NCBI GenBank assembly: GCA_963736205.1
Contig: CAVTNX010000026.1
Coordinates: forward strand, 2,956-66,955
DNA length: 64,000 nt
DNA from: an uncultured Gammaproteobacteria bacterium
GTDB taxonomy: Bacteria; Pseudomonadota; Gammaproteobacteria; Steroidobacterales; Steroidobacteraceae
Direction of reading: 5' to 3'
In this document: piece by piece, positions 39,648-51,800 of the stretch
Layout: every line of letters begins with the position of its first letter
How positions within the stretch are numbered: the first letter of the stretch is position 1
Program-made: the position numbers and the translations under genes
The notes under the pieces: generated by a model
Told to the model about the DNA's origin: nothing
Databases searched by the model: none
The model's input: the letters and a program-made list of their open reading frames with translations, nothing else

Positions 39648-42026
39648 TTATTTGTCTCGAATCGCGGCGTTGTGCTCCCGCTCCAGGTCGGTCACGACCT
39701 GCGCCACGACGGCATCCGTATCAACGTCAGTTAGGGTGCGGGAAATATCCTGCAAATTCAAGCCTATCGCCACACTTTTACGACCCGGTGTAATGCCGGG
39801 GCCGCGGTAGATATCGAACACCAGAAGGTCGGTAAGCAGCGGTCCGGCGCTCGCCCGGATTCTGTCCAACAGCGCCTGCACCGGAATGGCCTCGTCGACG
39901 ACGATCGCGATGTCCCGCCGCACGGACGGAAACCGCGAAATCTCGCGGTGCCGAGGCACTGCGGCAGCGAGGCCCGGACCGGTCTCGATCTCGAAAACCA
40001 GCGCGGAATATGTAAGATCCAGCTCGCCCTCGAGCTCCGGGTGCAGGCGCCCCAGCCAGCCAACCGGACGGCCATCGCGAAGGATTCGCGCTGACTGGCC
40101 GGGATGCAGCGCCGGGTTCTGGTCCGCCGCGAAACGGAATTCACCGCTCGTGCCGGTGGCTCGCAGCAGCGCTTCGATGTCCGACTTCACGTCGAAGAAA
40201 TCCACCGGCTCCGACCGAGTGCCCCACTGCTCCGGCAGCGCAGGGCCCGCCGCGAGGCCGGCGATCACCGGTACTTCGGTAAGCGAGCCGTCTTCCAGTG
40301 AAAACCGGCGGCCGATCTCGAACAGGCGGACCCGCGACTGCTGGCGGCGCTGATTCTCTGCGAGCGCGCGCACCAGACCCGGCCAGAGCGAAACGCGCAT
40401 CGACGCCAGGTCGGACGCTATGGGATTGGCGAGTTCGAGTGCGGTCGCCCCGGGACAGAAGAGCGCCTGAATCGCTGGATCGACGAAGCTGTAGGTAATC
40501 GCCTCGAAGTAGCCACGCTGAACCAGCAGGTTCGCAGCGCTCTCCTCGGAGACGCGTGTCTCGGTCAACGCCGGCATGGCCTGGCGTACCACCGGATCCG
40601 TCTCCGGGATCTGGTCGAAGCCGTGAACCCGCGCGACCTCCTCGACAAGGTCTTCCTCGATCGCGATGTCGAAGCGCCATGGCGGGCTGTTCACCTGCCA
40701 GTGGTCGCCGCTGCGATCCACGGCCATTCCCAGCCGATTGAAAATCGTCTCCATGGTTTCGTCGCCGATCGGCGCCCCGATCACGCGGCGTGCGCGCTCC
40801 GGACGGAACGGCACCGGCGCCCGCTGCGGAAGCTCATCGCGCAGCTCCGTCACTTCAACCGGACCGGGTATTCCACCCGCGCACTCGAGCAGCAGCTGCG
40901 TCGCACGCTCGATCGCGCGATCCTGGAGCGTCGGGTCCACGCCGCGCTCGAAGCGTTGCGATGCATCGGTCACGAGCCCGTAGCGTCGCCCGCGTCCTGC
41001 CACCGAATCCGGCAGGAAGAACGCGACTTCGAGCAGCACGTCGGTGGTGGACGCGGAGATGCCCGAGTGGTCACCACCCATGACGCCCGCCAGCGCCAGC
41101 GGCTTGGAACGATCCGCGATCACCATCACTGTACCGTCGAGCGCCACCTCGCGTCCGTCGAGCAGCTTGAGCGTCTCGCCCGCGCGCGCGCGTCTCACGA
41201 CGATGCCGCTGTCGAGTTCGCGCAGGTCGTAGGCATGCATCGGCTGGCCGAGTTCCAGCATCACGTAGTTCGTGACGTCCACGATCGCGCTGATCGGCCG
41301 GAGCCCCGCGCGCCGCAGTCGCTCGCGCATCCACAGCGGCGCCTGCGCATCGGCCCGCAAGCCTCGAACAATACGGGCCGCAAAGCGCGCGCAACCGGCG
41401 CCGGCCTCGAGTTCGACCGGGAATCGCTCGGTCGACTGCGCCGGCACCGGCGCGCATGCAGGCCCACGAAGTGCGCCACCGGCCAGCAGCGCGGCCTCGC
41501 GCGCCACACCCTGCACGCTCATGCAGTCGCCGCGATTCGGGGTGAGATTGACCTCGAGGACGGTGTCGTCGAGCCGGAGCGCGTCGCTGATCGAGTCGCC
41601 GGTGTTCGTCTCGCCGGGCAGTTCCATCAGCCCGCTCGCATCCTCGGACAGGCCGAGTTCGCTGGCCGAGCACAGCATCCCGAACGACTCCACGCCGCGC
41701 AGCTTCGCCTTGCGGATTTCCATGCCGCCCGGCAGCTTTGCGCCGATGGTCGCAAGCGGCGCCTTGAGGCCTGCCCTGGCGTTCGGCGCGCCGCAGACGA
41801 TCTGCACCACCTCGGCACCCGTGCTGACCTTGCAGACACTGAGCGTGTCCGCATCAGGATGCTTCGCGCGCTCGATGATCTCGCCGACCACGACACCGGG
41901 CAGCGGCGGTGCCGCAGGCTCGACCGCCTCGACTTCGAGGCCCGCCATCGTCAGGCGCGATGCCAGCTCGCGCGGCTCCGGCACCGACCCGAGCCACTCG
42001 CTCAACCACTGGATGCTGATGCGCAC
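39648..42026 (-). CDS. pheT: Phenylalanine--tRNA ligase beta subunit
   Basis: 792 aa with tRNA-binding, B3/4, B5 and FDX-ACB domain order. Confidence 0.95.
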   Translation of the reverse strand: MRISIQWLSEWLGSVPEPRELASRLTMAGLEVEAVEPAAPPLPGVVVGEIIERAKHPDADTLSVCKVSTGAEVVQIVCGAPNARAGLKAPLATIGAKLPGGMEIRKAKLRGVESFGMLCSASELGLSEDASGLMELPGETNTGDSISDALRLDDTVLEVNLTPNRGDCMSVQGVAREAALLAGGALRGPACAPVPAQSTERFPVELEAGAGCARFAARIVRGLRADAQAPLWMRERLRRAGLRPISAIVDVTNYVMLELGQPMHAYDLRELDSGIVVRRARAGETLKLLDGREVALDGTVMVIADRSKPLALAGVMGGDHSGISASTTDVLLEVAFFLPDSVAGRGRRYGLVTDASQRFERGVDPTLQDRAIERATQLLLECAGGIPGPVEVTELRDELPQRAPVPFRPERARRVIGAPIGDETMETIFNRLGMAVDRSGDHWQVNSPPWRFDIAIEEDLVEEVARVHGFDQIPETDPVVRQAMPALTETRVSEESAANLLVQRGYFEAITYSFVDPAIQALFCPGATALELANPIASDLASMRVSLWPGLVRALAENQRRQQSRVRLFEIGRRFSLEDGSLTEVPVIAGLAAGPALPEQWGTRSEPVDFFDVKSDIEALLRATGTSGEFRFAADQNPALHPGQSARILRDGRPVGWLGRLHPELEGELDLTYSALVFEIETGPGLAAAVPRHREISRFPSVRRDIAIVVDEAIPVQALLDRIRASAGPLLTDLLVFDIYRGPGITPGRKSVAIGLNLQDISRTLTDVDTDAVVAQVVTDLEREHNAAIRDK

Positions 42027-42041
42027 GTCGCGTCCTTCCGC

Positions 42042-43076
<1,035 letters not shown>

Positions 43077-43085
43077 TCAACCATA

Positions 43086-43222
43086 GGGGACTGTGTTCGG
43101 GGACTGTCCCTGCAAGGGACTGTCCCCGAACCAACTCCGAAGGGGACAGTCCCCTCCGGGGACAGTCCCCTGCAGGCACTGTCCCCGGACGTCCTGGGAC
43201 AGTCCCCTGCGGGGACTGTCCC
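43086..43222. repeat. Array of eight 12-13 nt palindromes GGGGAC(A/T)GTCCCC filling the rplT-pheS spacer (REP/BIME-like)
   Basis: Units at 43086-94 (partial), 43099-110, 43116-127, 43142-154, 43158-170, 43175-186, 43196-207 and 43211-222, with spacers of 3-14 nt. Confidence 0.85.
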
Positions 43223-43228
43223 AGGCCT

Positions 43229-43588
43229 TCAGGCTTCCAGGCTCGCCTTTGCCTGTTCGGCAAGCTTGCCGAACGCGTCGATGTCGTGGACCGCAAGGTC
43301 CGCGAGCATCTTGCGGTCGACCTCGAAGCCGGCCGCCTTCAGGCCCGCCATCAGGCGGCTGTAGGACAGGTCGAACCCGCGGGCAGCCGCGTTGATACGC
43401 GTGATCCACAGCGCACGCATGTCGCGCTTCTTGGCGCGACGGTCGCGGTAGGCGTACTGGCCGGCCTTGATGACCGCCTGCTTCGCAGTGCGGTACACCT
43501 TGCGGCGCGCGTTGTAATAGCCCTTCGCCTTCGCGAGAACCTTCTTGTGTCGGCGTCCAGCGATGACGCCACGCTTTACTCTAGCCAT
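43229..43588 (-). CDS. rplT: 50S ribosomal protein L20
   Basis: 119 aa. [18 protein letters not shown].. Confidence 0.95.
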   Translation of the reverse strand: MARVKRGVIAGRRHKKVLAKAKGYYNARRKVYRTAKQAVIKAGQYAYRDRRAKKRDMRALWITRINAAARGFDLSYSRLMAGLKAAGFEVDRKMLADLAVHDIDAFGKLAEQAKASLEA

Positions 43589-43598
43589 GGGTCACCTC

Positions 43599-43793
43599 TC
43601 AGACGTGGGGAAGAAGCTTGTCGAGCCGGCCGGCGTCCTGCTTGGCAACCATGGTGGTGCCGCGCAGGTTGCGCTTACGCTTGCTCGTCTTCTTGGTGAG
43701 GATGTGTCGTTTCTGGGACTGGCCACGCTTGTAGCCTTTCGCCGTTTTGCGAAAGCGCTTGGCCGCCCCCTTGTTGGTCTTCAACTTGGGCAT
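43599..43793 (-). CDS. rpmI: 50S ribosomal protein L35
   Basis: 64 aa from the ATG at 43793. [20 protein letters not shown].. Confidence 0.95.
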   Translation of the reverse strand: MPKLKTNKGAAKRFRKTAKGYKRGQSQKRHILTKKTSKRKRNLRGTTMVAKQDAGRLDKLLPHV

Positions 43794-43870
43794 GTCTACT
43801 CCTGTTTGTATGGCCCGTTTCACCACAGGCGAACCTGCGGATCGAGGGCGAAGGACGGATTGCTCCGGCC

Positions 43871-44395
43871 TTACTTCTTTTTCGGCCCCATCATCATCAC
43901 CATCTGCCGGCCTTCCATCAGCGGGTGCTGTTCGACCACCGCGTAGTCCGCGAGGTCTTTCTGCAACCGGATCAGGACCTGGCGTCCGATGTCGGTGTGG
44001 GCCATCTCACGACCACGGAACCTCAGGGTTACCTTGGCCTTGTCACCTTCCTCGAAAAAGCGAATCAGATTCCTGAGCTTGATCTTGTAATCGCCTTCGT
44101 CGGTTCCGGGACGAAACTTCACTTCCTTGACCTGGATCTGCCGCTGCTTCTTCTTCGCAGCGTGGGTCTTCTTGTTCTGTTCGAACACGAATTTCCCGTA
44201 ATCGACGATCCGGCATACCGGCGGCTCCGCGGTCGGCGAAACCTCCACCAGGTCGAGTTCCTGCGAGGCAGCGAGCTGCAGCGCGTCGTACCGGCTCATC
44301 ACGCCGACCTGCTCGCCGTCTTCGCCGATGATGCGAAGCTGCGGGGCCGTGATCTCGTCGTTGCGCCGGGCGCGCTTGGTCGTTGGGGCAGCGAT
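43871..44395 (-). CDS. infC: Translation initiation factor IF-3, non-canonical AUC start
   Basis: The conserved N-terminal region (..[25 protein letters not shown]..) extends upstream of the first ATG/GTG. The only possible start after the thrS stop is ATC at 44395-44393, 8 nt downstream of GGAGG. Confidence 0.85.
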   Translation of the reverse strand: MAAPTTKRARRNDEITAPQLRIIGEDGEQVGVMSRYDALQLAASQELDLVEVSPTAEPPVCRIVDYGKFVFEQNKKTHAAKKKQRQIQVKEVKFRPGTDEGDYKIKLRNLIRFFEEGDKAKVTLRFRGREMAHTDIGRQVLIRLQKDLADYAVVEQHPLMEGRQMVMMMGPKKK

Positions 44396-44398
44396 ACT

Positions 44399-46324
44399 TC
44401 ATACCTCCAAAATATTTCGGCCGCGGCTCGCGATTTCATCGGCAAGTTTCGCGGCGATCGTCTCCAGTGACATCGCCCCGAGGTCCTTGCCGTTGCGCGT
44501 GCGCACGGCCAACGTACTCGAACCCGACTCGCGGTCGCCCGCGACCAGCAGGTACGGGACCCGCTGCAGGGTGTGTTCGCGGATTTTAAAGCCGACTTTC
44601 TCGTTTCGCAAATCCAATTCGACCCGAAGCCCCTGATTTTTCAGGAATTCAGCAGCTTTCCGGCAATAATCAGCCTGCCCGTCGGTGATATTCATCACCA
44701 CCGCCTGGACCGGGGCCAGCCAGGTCGGGAACCGCCCGGCATGGTGCTCGATCAGGATGCCGATGAAGCGCTCCATGGACCCGAGCACGGCCCGGTGGAG
44801 CATCAGCGGGGTATGGGCCGCGCCGTCCTCGCCGATGTACTCGGCGCCCAGCAGTACCGGCAGGATCGGGTCGAGCTGGAACGTCCCGCACTGCCAGTCC
44901 CGGCCGATGGCGTCACGCAACACGAATTCGAGCTTTGGCCCGTAGAACGCACCCTCGCCCGGGTTCAGCGTGTACTCGAGGCCGGCAGCTTCGCAGGCAT
45001 CCGTCAGAGCTTTCTCCGCCATGTCCCAGGTTTCGTCCGACCCGGCCCGCTGCGGCGGCCGGTCCGAGAACTTGATCTCGACCTCGTCGAATCCGAAATC
45101 CGCATAGACGCTCTTCAGCAACGCGACGAATCTCGCCGTCTCGGCATTGACCTGCTCCGGCGTGCAGAAGATGTGCGCGTCGTCCTGGGTGAAGGCGCGT
45201 ACCCGCATGATCCCGTGCAGCGCGCCCGATGGCTCGTTGCGGTGACAGGCGCCGAACTCGGCCATGCGCAGCGGCAGGTCGCGGTAGGACTTGGTGCCGA
45301 CCTTGTAGATCTGGATGTGACAGGGGCAGTTCATCGGCTTCACCGCGAGCGTGCGCCCTTCGGATTCGGCAATGAACATATGTGGCGCGTAGTTCTCCCA
45401 GTGGCCTGATTTCTCCCAGAGCCCCCGGTCGACGAGCTGCGGAGTGCGGACTTCGACATAGCCCGCCTCGGCGAGGCGCTCGCGCATGTACTGCTCGATC
45501 GTGCACCACAGCGTCCAGCCCTTCGGGTGCCAGAACACGCTGCCGACCGCTTCTTCCTGGGTGTGGAACAGCCCGAGCTCGCGGCCGACGCGACGGTGGT
45601 CGCGCTTCTCGGCCTCTTCAAGTCGGGTCAGGTAGGCCTTCAGGTCTTTTTCGCTGGCCCAGGCCGTGCCGTAGATGCGCTGGAGCATCTCGTTGTTCGA
45701 GTCGCCGCGCCAGTAGGCGCCGGCGACCTTCATCAGCTTGAACGCGCCGAGCTTGCCGGTGCCCGGCACATGGGGCCCGCGGCACAGGTCGAACCAGTCG
45801 CCCTGCCCATAGAGGCTGATGTCCTCGTTGGCCGGGATGCTGGCGATGATTTCCGCCTTGTAGTGCTCGCCGATCTTCTTGAACATCTCGACGGCCGCGT
45901 CGCGCGGCATCACCCGGCGCTCGACCTTGAGGTCGGCCTTCACCAGCTCGTGCATCTTCGCTTCGAACTTCTCGAGGTCATCGGGCGTGAATGGCCGACT
46001 GAACGCGAAGTCGTAGTAGAAGCCGTTCTCGATCACCGGCCCGATCGTGACCTGTGCGTCCGGATACACCGCCTGTACGGCCTGAGCGAGCAGGTGCGCG
46101 GTCGAGTGGCGGATGACCTCCAGTCCCTCGGGATCCTTGCCGGTGACGATGGCGAGAGCCGCGTCGCTTTCGATCAGGAACGAGGTATCGACGAGGCTGC
46201 CGTCGACTTTCCCCGCCAGGGCCGCCTTTGCGAGCCCAGGACCGATATCGGCCGCAACCTGCGCCACCGTGACCGGCTCGGCGTAGGTTCGTTGGCTGCC
46301 ATCTGGCAGGGTAATGACGGGCAT
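44399..46324 (-). CDS. thrS: Threonine--tRNA ligase
   Basis: 641 aa from the ATG at 46324. [10 protein letters not shown] (TGS domain), [10 protein letters not shown] editing domain, class II core, and an anticodon-binding C-terminus. Confidence 0.95.
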   Translation of the reverse strand: MPVITLPDGSQRTYAEPVTVAQVAADIGPGLAKAALAGKVDGSLVDTSFLIESDAALAIVTGKDPEGLEVIRHSTAHLLAQAVQAVYPDAQVTIGPVIENGFYYDFAFSRPFTPDDLEKFEAKMHELVKADLKVERRVMPRDAAVEMFKKIGEHYKAEIIASIPANEDISLYGQGDWFDLCRGPHVPGTGKLGAFKLMKVAGAYWRGDSNNEMLQRIYGTAWASEKDLKAYLTRLEEAEKRDHRRVGRELGLFHTQEEAVGSVFWHPKGWTLWCTIEQYMRERLAEAGYVEVRTPQLVDRGLWEKSGHWENYAPHMFIAESEGRTLAVKPMNCPCHIQIYKVGTKSYRDLPLRMAEFGACHRNEPSGALHGIMRVRAFTQDDAHIFCTPEQVNAETARFVALLKSVYADFGFDEVEIKFSDRPPQRAGSDETWDMAEKALTDACEAAGLEYTLNPGEGAFYGPKLEFVLRDAIGRDWQCGTFQLDPILPVLLGAEYIGEDGAAHTPLMLHRAVLGSMERFIGILIEHHAGRFPTWLAPVQAVVMNITDGQADYCRKAAEFLKNQGLRVELDLRNEKVGFKIREHTLQRVPYLLVAGDRESGSSTLAVRTRNGKDLGAMSLETIAAKLADEIASRGRNILEV

Positions 46325-46350
46325 GTTCGGATCCTTGGCAGGACAGGGTC

Positions 46351-46425
46351 TGGTGGGCGCACGTGGGATCGAACCACGGACCCCTACCATGTCAAGGTAG
46401 TGCTCTACCGCTGAGCTATGCGCCC
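46351..46425 (-). tRNA. tRNA-Val (anticodon GAC)
   Basis: GGGCGCA-TAGCTCAGCGGTAGAGC-ACTACCTTGACATGGTAG-GGGTC-CGTGGTTCGATCCCACG-TGCGCCC-A-CCA. Lies 26 nt upstream of the thrS start. Confidence 0.9.
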
Positions 46426-46440
46426 TCAAACGAGCCGCGA

Positions 46441-46470
46441 AGGATACCTGAGGGGCCGGCGACGAGGCAA
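46441..46470 (-). promoter_or_regulatory. Putative promoter of tRNA-Val/thrS
   Basis: Minus strand: TTGCCT (46470-46465), 18 nt, TATCCT (46446-46441). The -10 ends 15 nt before the tRNA 5' end. Confidence 0.3.
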
Positions 46471-46481
46471 ATAGGGCAAAC

Positions 46482-46557
46482 GGGGACATTCCCCTTTTCC
46501 CGGGGCAAAAAGGAGAATGTCTCCTTCCCGGGCGCCGGAGAAAAGGAGAATGTCCCC
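46482..46557. repeat. Three 13-nt palindrome units related to the rplT-pheS array, embedded in a ~33-nt tandem duplication
   Basis: GGGGACATTCCCC (46482-94), GGAGAATGTCTCC (46512-24) and GGAGAATGTCCCC (46545-57). AAAAGGAGAATGTC is repeated at 46507 and 46541. The first and third units are reverse complements with one mismatch. Confidence 0.7.
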
Positions 46558-46564
46558 TGGCCCG

Positions 46565-48580
46565 CTACCCCGCCAGCTGGCCAGTCGCGCCGAAGGACAT
46601 CTGCCGCAGCCGCTCGATCTGGTCGCGGACCAGCGCGGCCTCCTCGAACTCCAGGTTGCGGGCATGCTTGTACATCGCCGCCTCCAGCTTCTTGATCTTC
46701 CTGATCGCCTGCTCGGGCGCAAGCGGGGTGGCGTCGTCGGTTGACCGGCCGGTGCGGCTACCGCTCGCGCCGCTCGTGCGCGCGCCTTCCATGACGTCGC
46801 CGACCGCCTTGCGGATGGTGCGTGGCGTAATGCCGTGCTGTTCGTTGTACTCGAGCTGTCTCGCGCGCCGGCGCTGTGTCTCGGCCATTGCCCGCTCGAT
46901 CGAGCCGGTGATCCTGTCCGCATAGAGGATGGCCTTGCCATTCTCGTTGCGGGCCGCCCGGCCCATGGTCTGTATCAGCGACCCCTCGGAGCGCAGGAAG
47001 CCCTCCTTGTCGGCGTCGAGGATCGCGACCAGCGATACCTCCGGCATGTCCAGGCCCTCGCGCAGCAGGTTGATGCCGACCAGGACGTCGAACTTGCCGA
47101 GCCTCAGGTCGCGGATGATTTCGACGCGCTCGACGGTCTCGATGTCCGAGTGCAGGTAGCGCACGCGCACGCCATGCTCGTCGAGGTACTCGGTCAGGTC
47201 CTCCGCCATGCGCTTTGTCAGCGTCGTGATGAGCACGCGTTCATCGCGCGCCACGCAGCGGTGGATCTCGGAGAGCACGTCATCCACCTGCGTGCGTACC
47301 GGTCTTACCTCGACCTCGGGGTCTACCAGGCCTGTCGGGCGCACGACCTGCTCGATCACAGCGCCTGACTTGCGCGCCTCGTAGGGCCCCGGCGTCGCCG
47401 AGACGAAAATCATCTGCGGCGCCATCTCCTCCCACTCGTCGAATCGCAGCGGCCGGTTGTCCAGCGCCGACGGCAGGCGGAAGCCGTATTCGACCAGGGT
47501 TTCCTTGCGCGAGCGGTCGCCGCGGTACATGCCGCCGATCTGCGGGATGGTCACGTGGCTCTCATCCACGACCAGAAGCGCATCCTTCGGCAGGTAGTCG
47601 AACAGGCACGGCGGCGGCTCGCCTGGCGCCCGGCCGGAAAGGTATCGCGAATAATTCTCGATGCCGGAGCAGTAGCCCATCTCCATCATCATCTCGAGGT
47701 CGAACGTGCAGCGCTGCTCCAGCCGCTGCGCCTCGACCAGCTTGTCGAGGCCGCGCAGCTCGATCAGCCGCCCCCGCAACTCCTCGCGGATCTCGGCGAT
47801 TGCCCCGTCGACCCGCTCCTTGGGCGTGACGTAGTGGGACGACGGGTACACGGTGAGCCGCGGCACCTTGCGCAGCACCTCGCCGGTGAGCGGGTCAAAC
47901 CAGGAGAGCGCCTCGATTTCCTCGTCGAACAGCTCGACACGCACCGCCTCTCGCCCGGACTCGGCCGGGAAAATATCGATCACGTCGCCGCGCACCCGGT
48001 AGGTGCCGGCCGAGAGATCGAGTTCGTTGCGCGTGTACTGCATGTCGGCCAGGCGTCGCAGCAGCTTGCGCTGGTCCATGCGGTCGCCGCGCACCAGGTG
48101 CAGCACCATCGCGAAGTACGCCTGTGGATCGCCGAGACCGTAGATCGAGGAGACCGTCGCGACGATGATGGAGTCGTGCCGCTCGAGCAGCGCCTTGGTC
48201 GCCGAGAGCCGCATCTGCTCGATGTGGGCGTTCACCGAGGCGTCTTTTTCGATGAAGGTGTCCGACGATGGGACGTAGGCCTCGGGCTGGTAGTAGTCGT
48301 AGTAGCTCACGAAGTACTCGACCGCATTGTCCGGGAAGTACTCGCGGAACTCGCCGTAGAGCTGGGCAGCGAGGGTCTTGTTGTGCGCCATCACCAGCGT
48401 CGGCCGCTGCAGGCGCTGGATCACGTTCGCGATCGTGAACGTCTTGCCCGAGCCTGTTACGCCGAGCAGCGTCTGGTGCGCGAGGCCGTTCTGCAGGCCA
48501 TCGATCAGCTTTTCGATGGCCTGCGGCTGGTCGCCAGCCGGCTGGTAGTTCGAACGCAGTCGAAAGGGTCGTTCTTCCAT
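46565..48580 (-). CDS. uvrB: Excinuclease ABC subunit B
   Basis: 671 aa. [10 protein letters not shown] Walker A, helicase motifs, and a C-terminal UVR domain (..[16 protein letters not shown]). Confidence 0.95.
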   Translation of the reverse strand: MEERPFRLRSNYQPAGDQPQAIEKLIDGLQNGLAHQTLLGVTGSGKTFTIANVIQRLQRPTLVMAHNKTLAAQLYGEFREYFPDNAVEYFVSYYDYYQPEAYVPSSDTFIEKDASVNAHIEQMRLSATKALLERHDSIIVATVSSIYGLGDPQAYFAMVLHLVRGDRMDQRKLLRRLADMQYTRNELDLSAGTYRVRGDVIDIFPAESGREAVRVELFDEEIEALSWFDPLTGEVLRKVPRLTVYPSSHYVTPKERVDGAIAEIREELRGRLIELRGLDKLVEAQRLEQRCTFDLEMMMEMGYCSGIENYSRYLSGRAPGEPPPCLFDYLPKDALLVVDESHVTIPQIGGMYRGDRSRKETLVEYGFRLPSALDNRPLRFDEWEEMAPQMIFVSATPGPYEARKSGAVIEQVVRPTGLVDPEVEVRPVRTQVDDVLSEIHRCVARDERVLITTLTKRMAEDLTEYLDEHGVRVRYLHSDIETVERVEIIRDLRLGKFDVLVGINLLREGLDMPEVSLVAILDADKEGFLRSEGSLIQTMGRAARNENGKAILYADRITGSIERAMAETQRRRARQLEYNEQHGITPRTIRKAVGDVMEGARTSGASGSRTGRSTDDATPLAPEQAIRKIKKLEAAMYKHARNLEFEEAALVRDQIERLRQMSFGATGQLAG

Positions 48581-48666
48581 GGGTCCCGCGGGAAAAGCCG
48601 CGTTTGGGAGGAACGGCAGATTACCCTAAAATACCAGTCCCCTCCCGCCCCTCCCGGAAGACTCCA

Positions 48667-49854
48667 TTGACACTGGTCCTCGCCGAGCGCTTGAAGCGCG
48701 TCAAACCCTCGCCCACCGTCGCACTCACCGGCCGCGTGGCCAGGCTCAAGGCCGAAGGCCGCGACATCATCGGCCTCGGCGTCGGCGAGCCCGATTTCGA
48801 TACGCCGGTGCACGTCGCCGATGCGGGTGTCGATGCAATCCGCAAGGGCTTTACGCGTTACACGGCGGTCGAGGGAATTCCGGACCTCAAGGACGCCATC
48901 ATCGCGAAGTTCAGGCGCGACAACGGCATCGAATACGCGCGACCACAGATCCTGGTCTCCACCGGCGCAAAGCAGACGATCTACAACCTGTTCATGTCGG
49001 TGATCGACCCGGGCGACCAGGTGATCATTCCCGCGCCCTACTGGGTCTCGTATCCCGACATGGCGTTGCTTGCGGAAGGCACACCGGTCACTCCCTACGC
49101 GGGTCCCGAACAGGGCTACAAGATCACGCCGGCCCAGCTCGAGGCGGCGATCACGCCAAAGACCCGGCTGTTCATGCTGAACAGCCCGTCGAACCCGACC
49201 GGCGCCGCCTACACCAGCGCCGAACTGCACGCACTCGGTGCCGTGCTGCGCCGACACCACGACGTGCTGATCGCCACCGACGACATGTATGAGCACATCT
49301 ACTGGGCGAAGGAGCCGTTCGCCAGTTTCCTCACCGCCTGCCCCGACCTATACGACCGCACCATCACGATCAACGGCGTGTCGAAGAGCTACGCGATGAC
49401 AGGCTGGCGCATCGGCTACTGTGGCGGGCCGGCGGCGATCGTGGAAGCGATGTCCACGATCCAGAGCCAGAGCACGTCGAACCCGTCCTCGATCGCCCAG
49501 AAGGCCGCGGTCGCGGCGCTGAACGGCGACCAGGCGTGCGTCGCCGAGATGAACCGGCACTTCAAGGCCCGGCACGATTTCTTCAATGCGGGCCTGAATG
49601 CCCTGCCGGGCGTCCGCGTGCTGCCCGCCGCGGGCACGTTCTACGCGTTCTGCGATGTCTCGCAGGCAATCGCGAGCCGTGGCCTGGCTGATGACCATGA
49701 ATTCGCGGAACTGCTGCTGGACAAGGCCGGCGTCGCCGGGGTCCCGGGCACCGGATTCGGCGCCCCGGGCCACATCCGGTTCTCATTTGCCGTCAGCATG
49801 GAGACGCTCGAGAAGGCGCTCGAGCGGATGGGCGCGGTCCTGCGCGAGGGTTAG
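48667..49854 (+). CDS. Aspartate/aromatic aminotransferase (class I PLP enzyme)
   Basis: (M)TLVLAERLKRVKPSPT..GEPDFDTP..NSPSNPTG..SKSYAMTGWRIGY. The TTG at 48667 was chosen by homology of the N-terminus; the ORF is open from 48604. Confidence 0.85.
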   Translation: MTLVLAERLKRVKPSPTVALTGRVARLKAEGRDIIGLGVGEPDFDTPVHVADAGVDAIRKGFTRYTAVEGIPDLKDAIIAKFRRDNGIEYARPQILVSTGAKQTIYNLFMSVIDPGDQVIIPAPYWVSYPDMALLAEGTPVTPYAGPEQGYKITPAQLEAAITPKTRLFMLNSPSNPTGAAYTSAELHALGAVLRRHHDVLIATDDMYEHIYWAKEPFASFLTACPDLYDRTITINGVSKSYAMTGWRIGYCGGPAAIVEAMSTIQSQSTSNPSSIAQKAAVAALNGDQACVAEMNRHFKARHDFFNAGLNALPGVRVLPAAGTFYAFCDVSQAIASRGLADDHEFAELLLDKAGVAGVPGTGFGAPGHIRFSFAVSMETLEKALERMGAVLREG

Positions 49855-49907
49855 CCGCCTTCCTTGACTAAAGCGCGCTCAATCCGGAGAATTCGGCGCC
49901 CTCCAGT

Positions 49908-49982
49908 TCCGACATAGCTCAGCGGTAGAGCAGCTGACTGTTAATCAGCGGGTCCCTGGTTCGAATCCAGGTGTCGGAGCCA
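49908..49982 (+). tRNA. tRNA-Asn (anticodon GTT)
   Basis: TCCGACA-TAGCTCAGCGGTAGAGC-AGCTGACTGTTAATCAGCG-GGTCC-CTGGTTCGAATCCAG-TGTCGGA-G-CCA. Confidence 0.9.
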
Positions 49983-50009
49983 ATTCACGCACCGCGCAGC
50001 GCGGTTTGC

Positions 50010-50618
50010 CTAGAAGATGTACTGGATTCCCAACTGGGTCGCGACGATCCCGATGTCGTAGGTGCCGTAATAGGCGTCTTCCTCGAACGCATACGCATCC
50101 GTCTGCAGGCTGATGCCCAGGTGAGGGCTCGGGTAGAACCGCACACCCAGTCCGGCGCTTCCGACGGTCTGGTTGTCATCGCCGCAGCAGTCGGCATCCA
50201 GTTTCAAGCTGCCGATGCCGAGTTGCCCGAACATCTCCCAGCCGCTCTTCCCGAATGGAATGATGCCTACCACGTGCGCCGAGAGCGCGGTGGCATCGAA
50301 ATCCTCTTTCTGGCCGAAGAACGGATCCGTGATGCTGTAGCTTCCGAGGTATGAAATGCGCCCTTCGACCGACAGGTACCTGAAGAACTTGTAGCCGCCG
50401 AATGCGGCGTAACCAACACCGGAATCGTCGAACTTGTAGCCGTTGAAGAGGCCGTCATCATCGAAATTGGTGACGCCGGCCATCCCGCCGACGTAGAAGC
50501 CGCGGGCTTGCTGTTCCGCGGCGATCGCGCTTCCACTTGTAGACAGCAACCAGCCCGCGATCAACGTGGCACTCAGCCATACACCGCTGCGCGAATGCGA
50601 CGACCTTGTTGCTTCCAT
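50010..50618 (-). CDS. Small outer-membrane beta-barrel protein (porin-family/OmpA-barrel-like)
   Basis: ATG at 50618 with a GGAG SD. Signal peptide ..STSGSAIAAEQQ, alternating aromatic/Gly beta-strand pattern, and a C-terminal ..QLGIQYIF with terminal Phe. Confidence 0.65.
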   Translation of the reverse strand: MEATRSSHSRSGVWLSATLIAGWLLSTSGSAIAAEQQARGFYVGGMAGVTNFDDDGLFNGYKFDDSGVGYAAFGGYKFFRYLSVEGRISYLGSYSITDPFFGQKEDFDATALSAHVVGIIPFGKSGWEMFGQLGIGSLKLDADCCGDDNQTVGSAGLGVRFYPSPHLGISLQTDAYAFEEDAYYGTYDIGIVATQLGIQYIF

Positions 50619-50771
50619 GACGTCCAGTCTCCTTTCGCGAATTTGCACGGTATGGTGCACAGACCGGCCCGGTCGAAGGCTACCGGGCCGGGATCCGAAC
50701 TCAATAAGTAAAGACCCGCAATCGGATGCCCGGCACGCACCCGGGCCACCCGGGCGCCACGACCAGGCGCT

Positions 50772-51800
50772 TTACCCTTGCTTGGCCTCGGGTGCGGCCT
50801 GGAGCTTCGCCGCTGGCGCACTTGCCAGGCTGCTCGTACCGGGCCGCTTGGGCGCAGAACGGGCCGGAATCAGCACCGACAGCACCATCGTCGACACCAG
50901 GATCAGTGCGGTCGCGCCGAGCGACCACCCGACCGGGATCTTGTAGACGTCCAGCATCAGCATCTTGGTGCCGATGAGCCCGAGGATCAGGGCGAGGCCG
51001 TACGAGAGCAGGTGGAACTTCTCGTGCATGTTCGCGAGCAGGAAGTACATCGCTCGCAGGCCGAGGATCGCGAATACGTTCGAGGTTAGAACGATGAACG
51101 GGTCGAGCGTGATGGCGAATATCGCCGGAATCGAGTCGACGGCGAAGATGACGTCCACGACGCCGATCATCACTATCACCACGAACAGCGGGGTCGCCAT
51201 CCGGACGCCGTCATGCACCGTGAAGAATTTCTCGCCGTCCAGGGTCGGCGAGATCTTCAGTCGCCTGTGGATCCACTTCAGCACCGGGTTGCCCGCCAGG
51301 TTGGGCTCCTGCCCGGCGGCCCACCACATCTTGATGCCGGTCACCAACAGGAACGCCCCGAACACGTACAGCAGCCAGTGGAAGTGCTGCAGCAGCCAGG
51401 CGCCGACCAGGATCAGCACGGCCCGCAGCGCGATCGCACCCATGATGCCGATCATCAGCACACGCTTCTGGTACTCGGCGGGTATCCCGAAATAGGTGAA
51501 CACCATCAGGAACACGAAGATGTTGTCGACCGCGAGAGCCTTCTCGACGAGGTACCCAGTGACGAACTCGAGCGCCTTGGTGTTGGCGAACTCGAGGCCC
51601 TGGGTGTCGCGCAGCCTCCACCACAGCCAGGCGACGAACACGAAGGAGACCAGCACCCAGATGACCGACCAGATCGCCGCCTCGCGCATGCCGACCCGAT
51701 GCGCACCCTGGCCGCGCATCGCCGCGAAGTCGACGACCAGCGCCACCACCACGAACGCGATGAAGATGCCCCACATCATCGGGGTGCCTATGCCCATCAT
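50772..51800 (-). CDS. TerC-family integral membrane protein
   Basis: 342 aa. LEFVTGYLVEKALAVDNIFVF and FAVDSIPAIFAIT motifs. Its start overlaps the gabT-like stop (ATGA). Confidence 0.85.
   Translation of the reverse strand: MMGIGTPMMWGIFIAFVVVALVVDFAAMRGQGAHRVGMREAAIWSVIWVLVSFVFVAWLWWRLRDTQGLEFANTKALEFVTGYLVEKALAVDNIFVFLMVFTYFGIPAEYQKRVLMIGIMGAIALRAVLILVGAWLLQHFHWLLYVFGAFLLVTGIKMWWAAGQEPNLAGNPVLKWIHRRLKISPTLDGEKFFTVHDGVRMATPLFVVIVMIGVVDVIFAVDSIPAIFAITLDPFIVLTSNVFAILGLRAMYFLLANMHEKFHLLSYGLALILGLIGTKMLMLDVYKIPVGWSLGATALILVSTMVLSVLIPARSAPKRPGTSSLASAPAAKLQAAPEAKQG

Noticed and set aside
43086-43222. CRISPR-array interpretation of the palindrome cluster, and the ORFs translating it (43066..43296, 43074..43364, 43077..43409, 43093..43395)
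   Set aside because: The repeats are only 12-13 nt with 3-14 nt spacers, there are no cas genes, and the repeat is itself palindromic. The ORFs give repetitive GTVP/GDSP/GLSP peptides in every frame, which is an artefact of the repeat.
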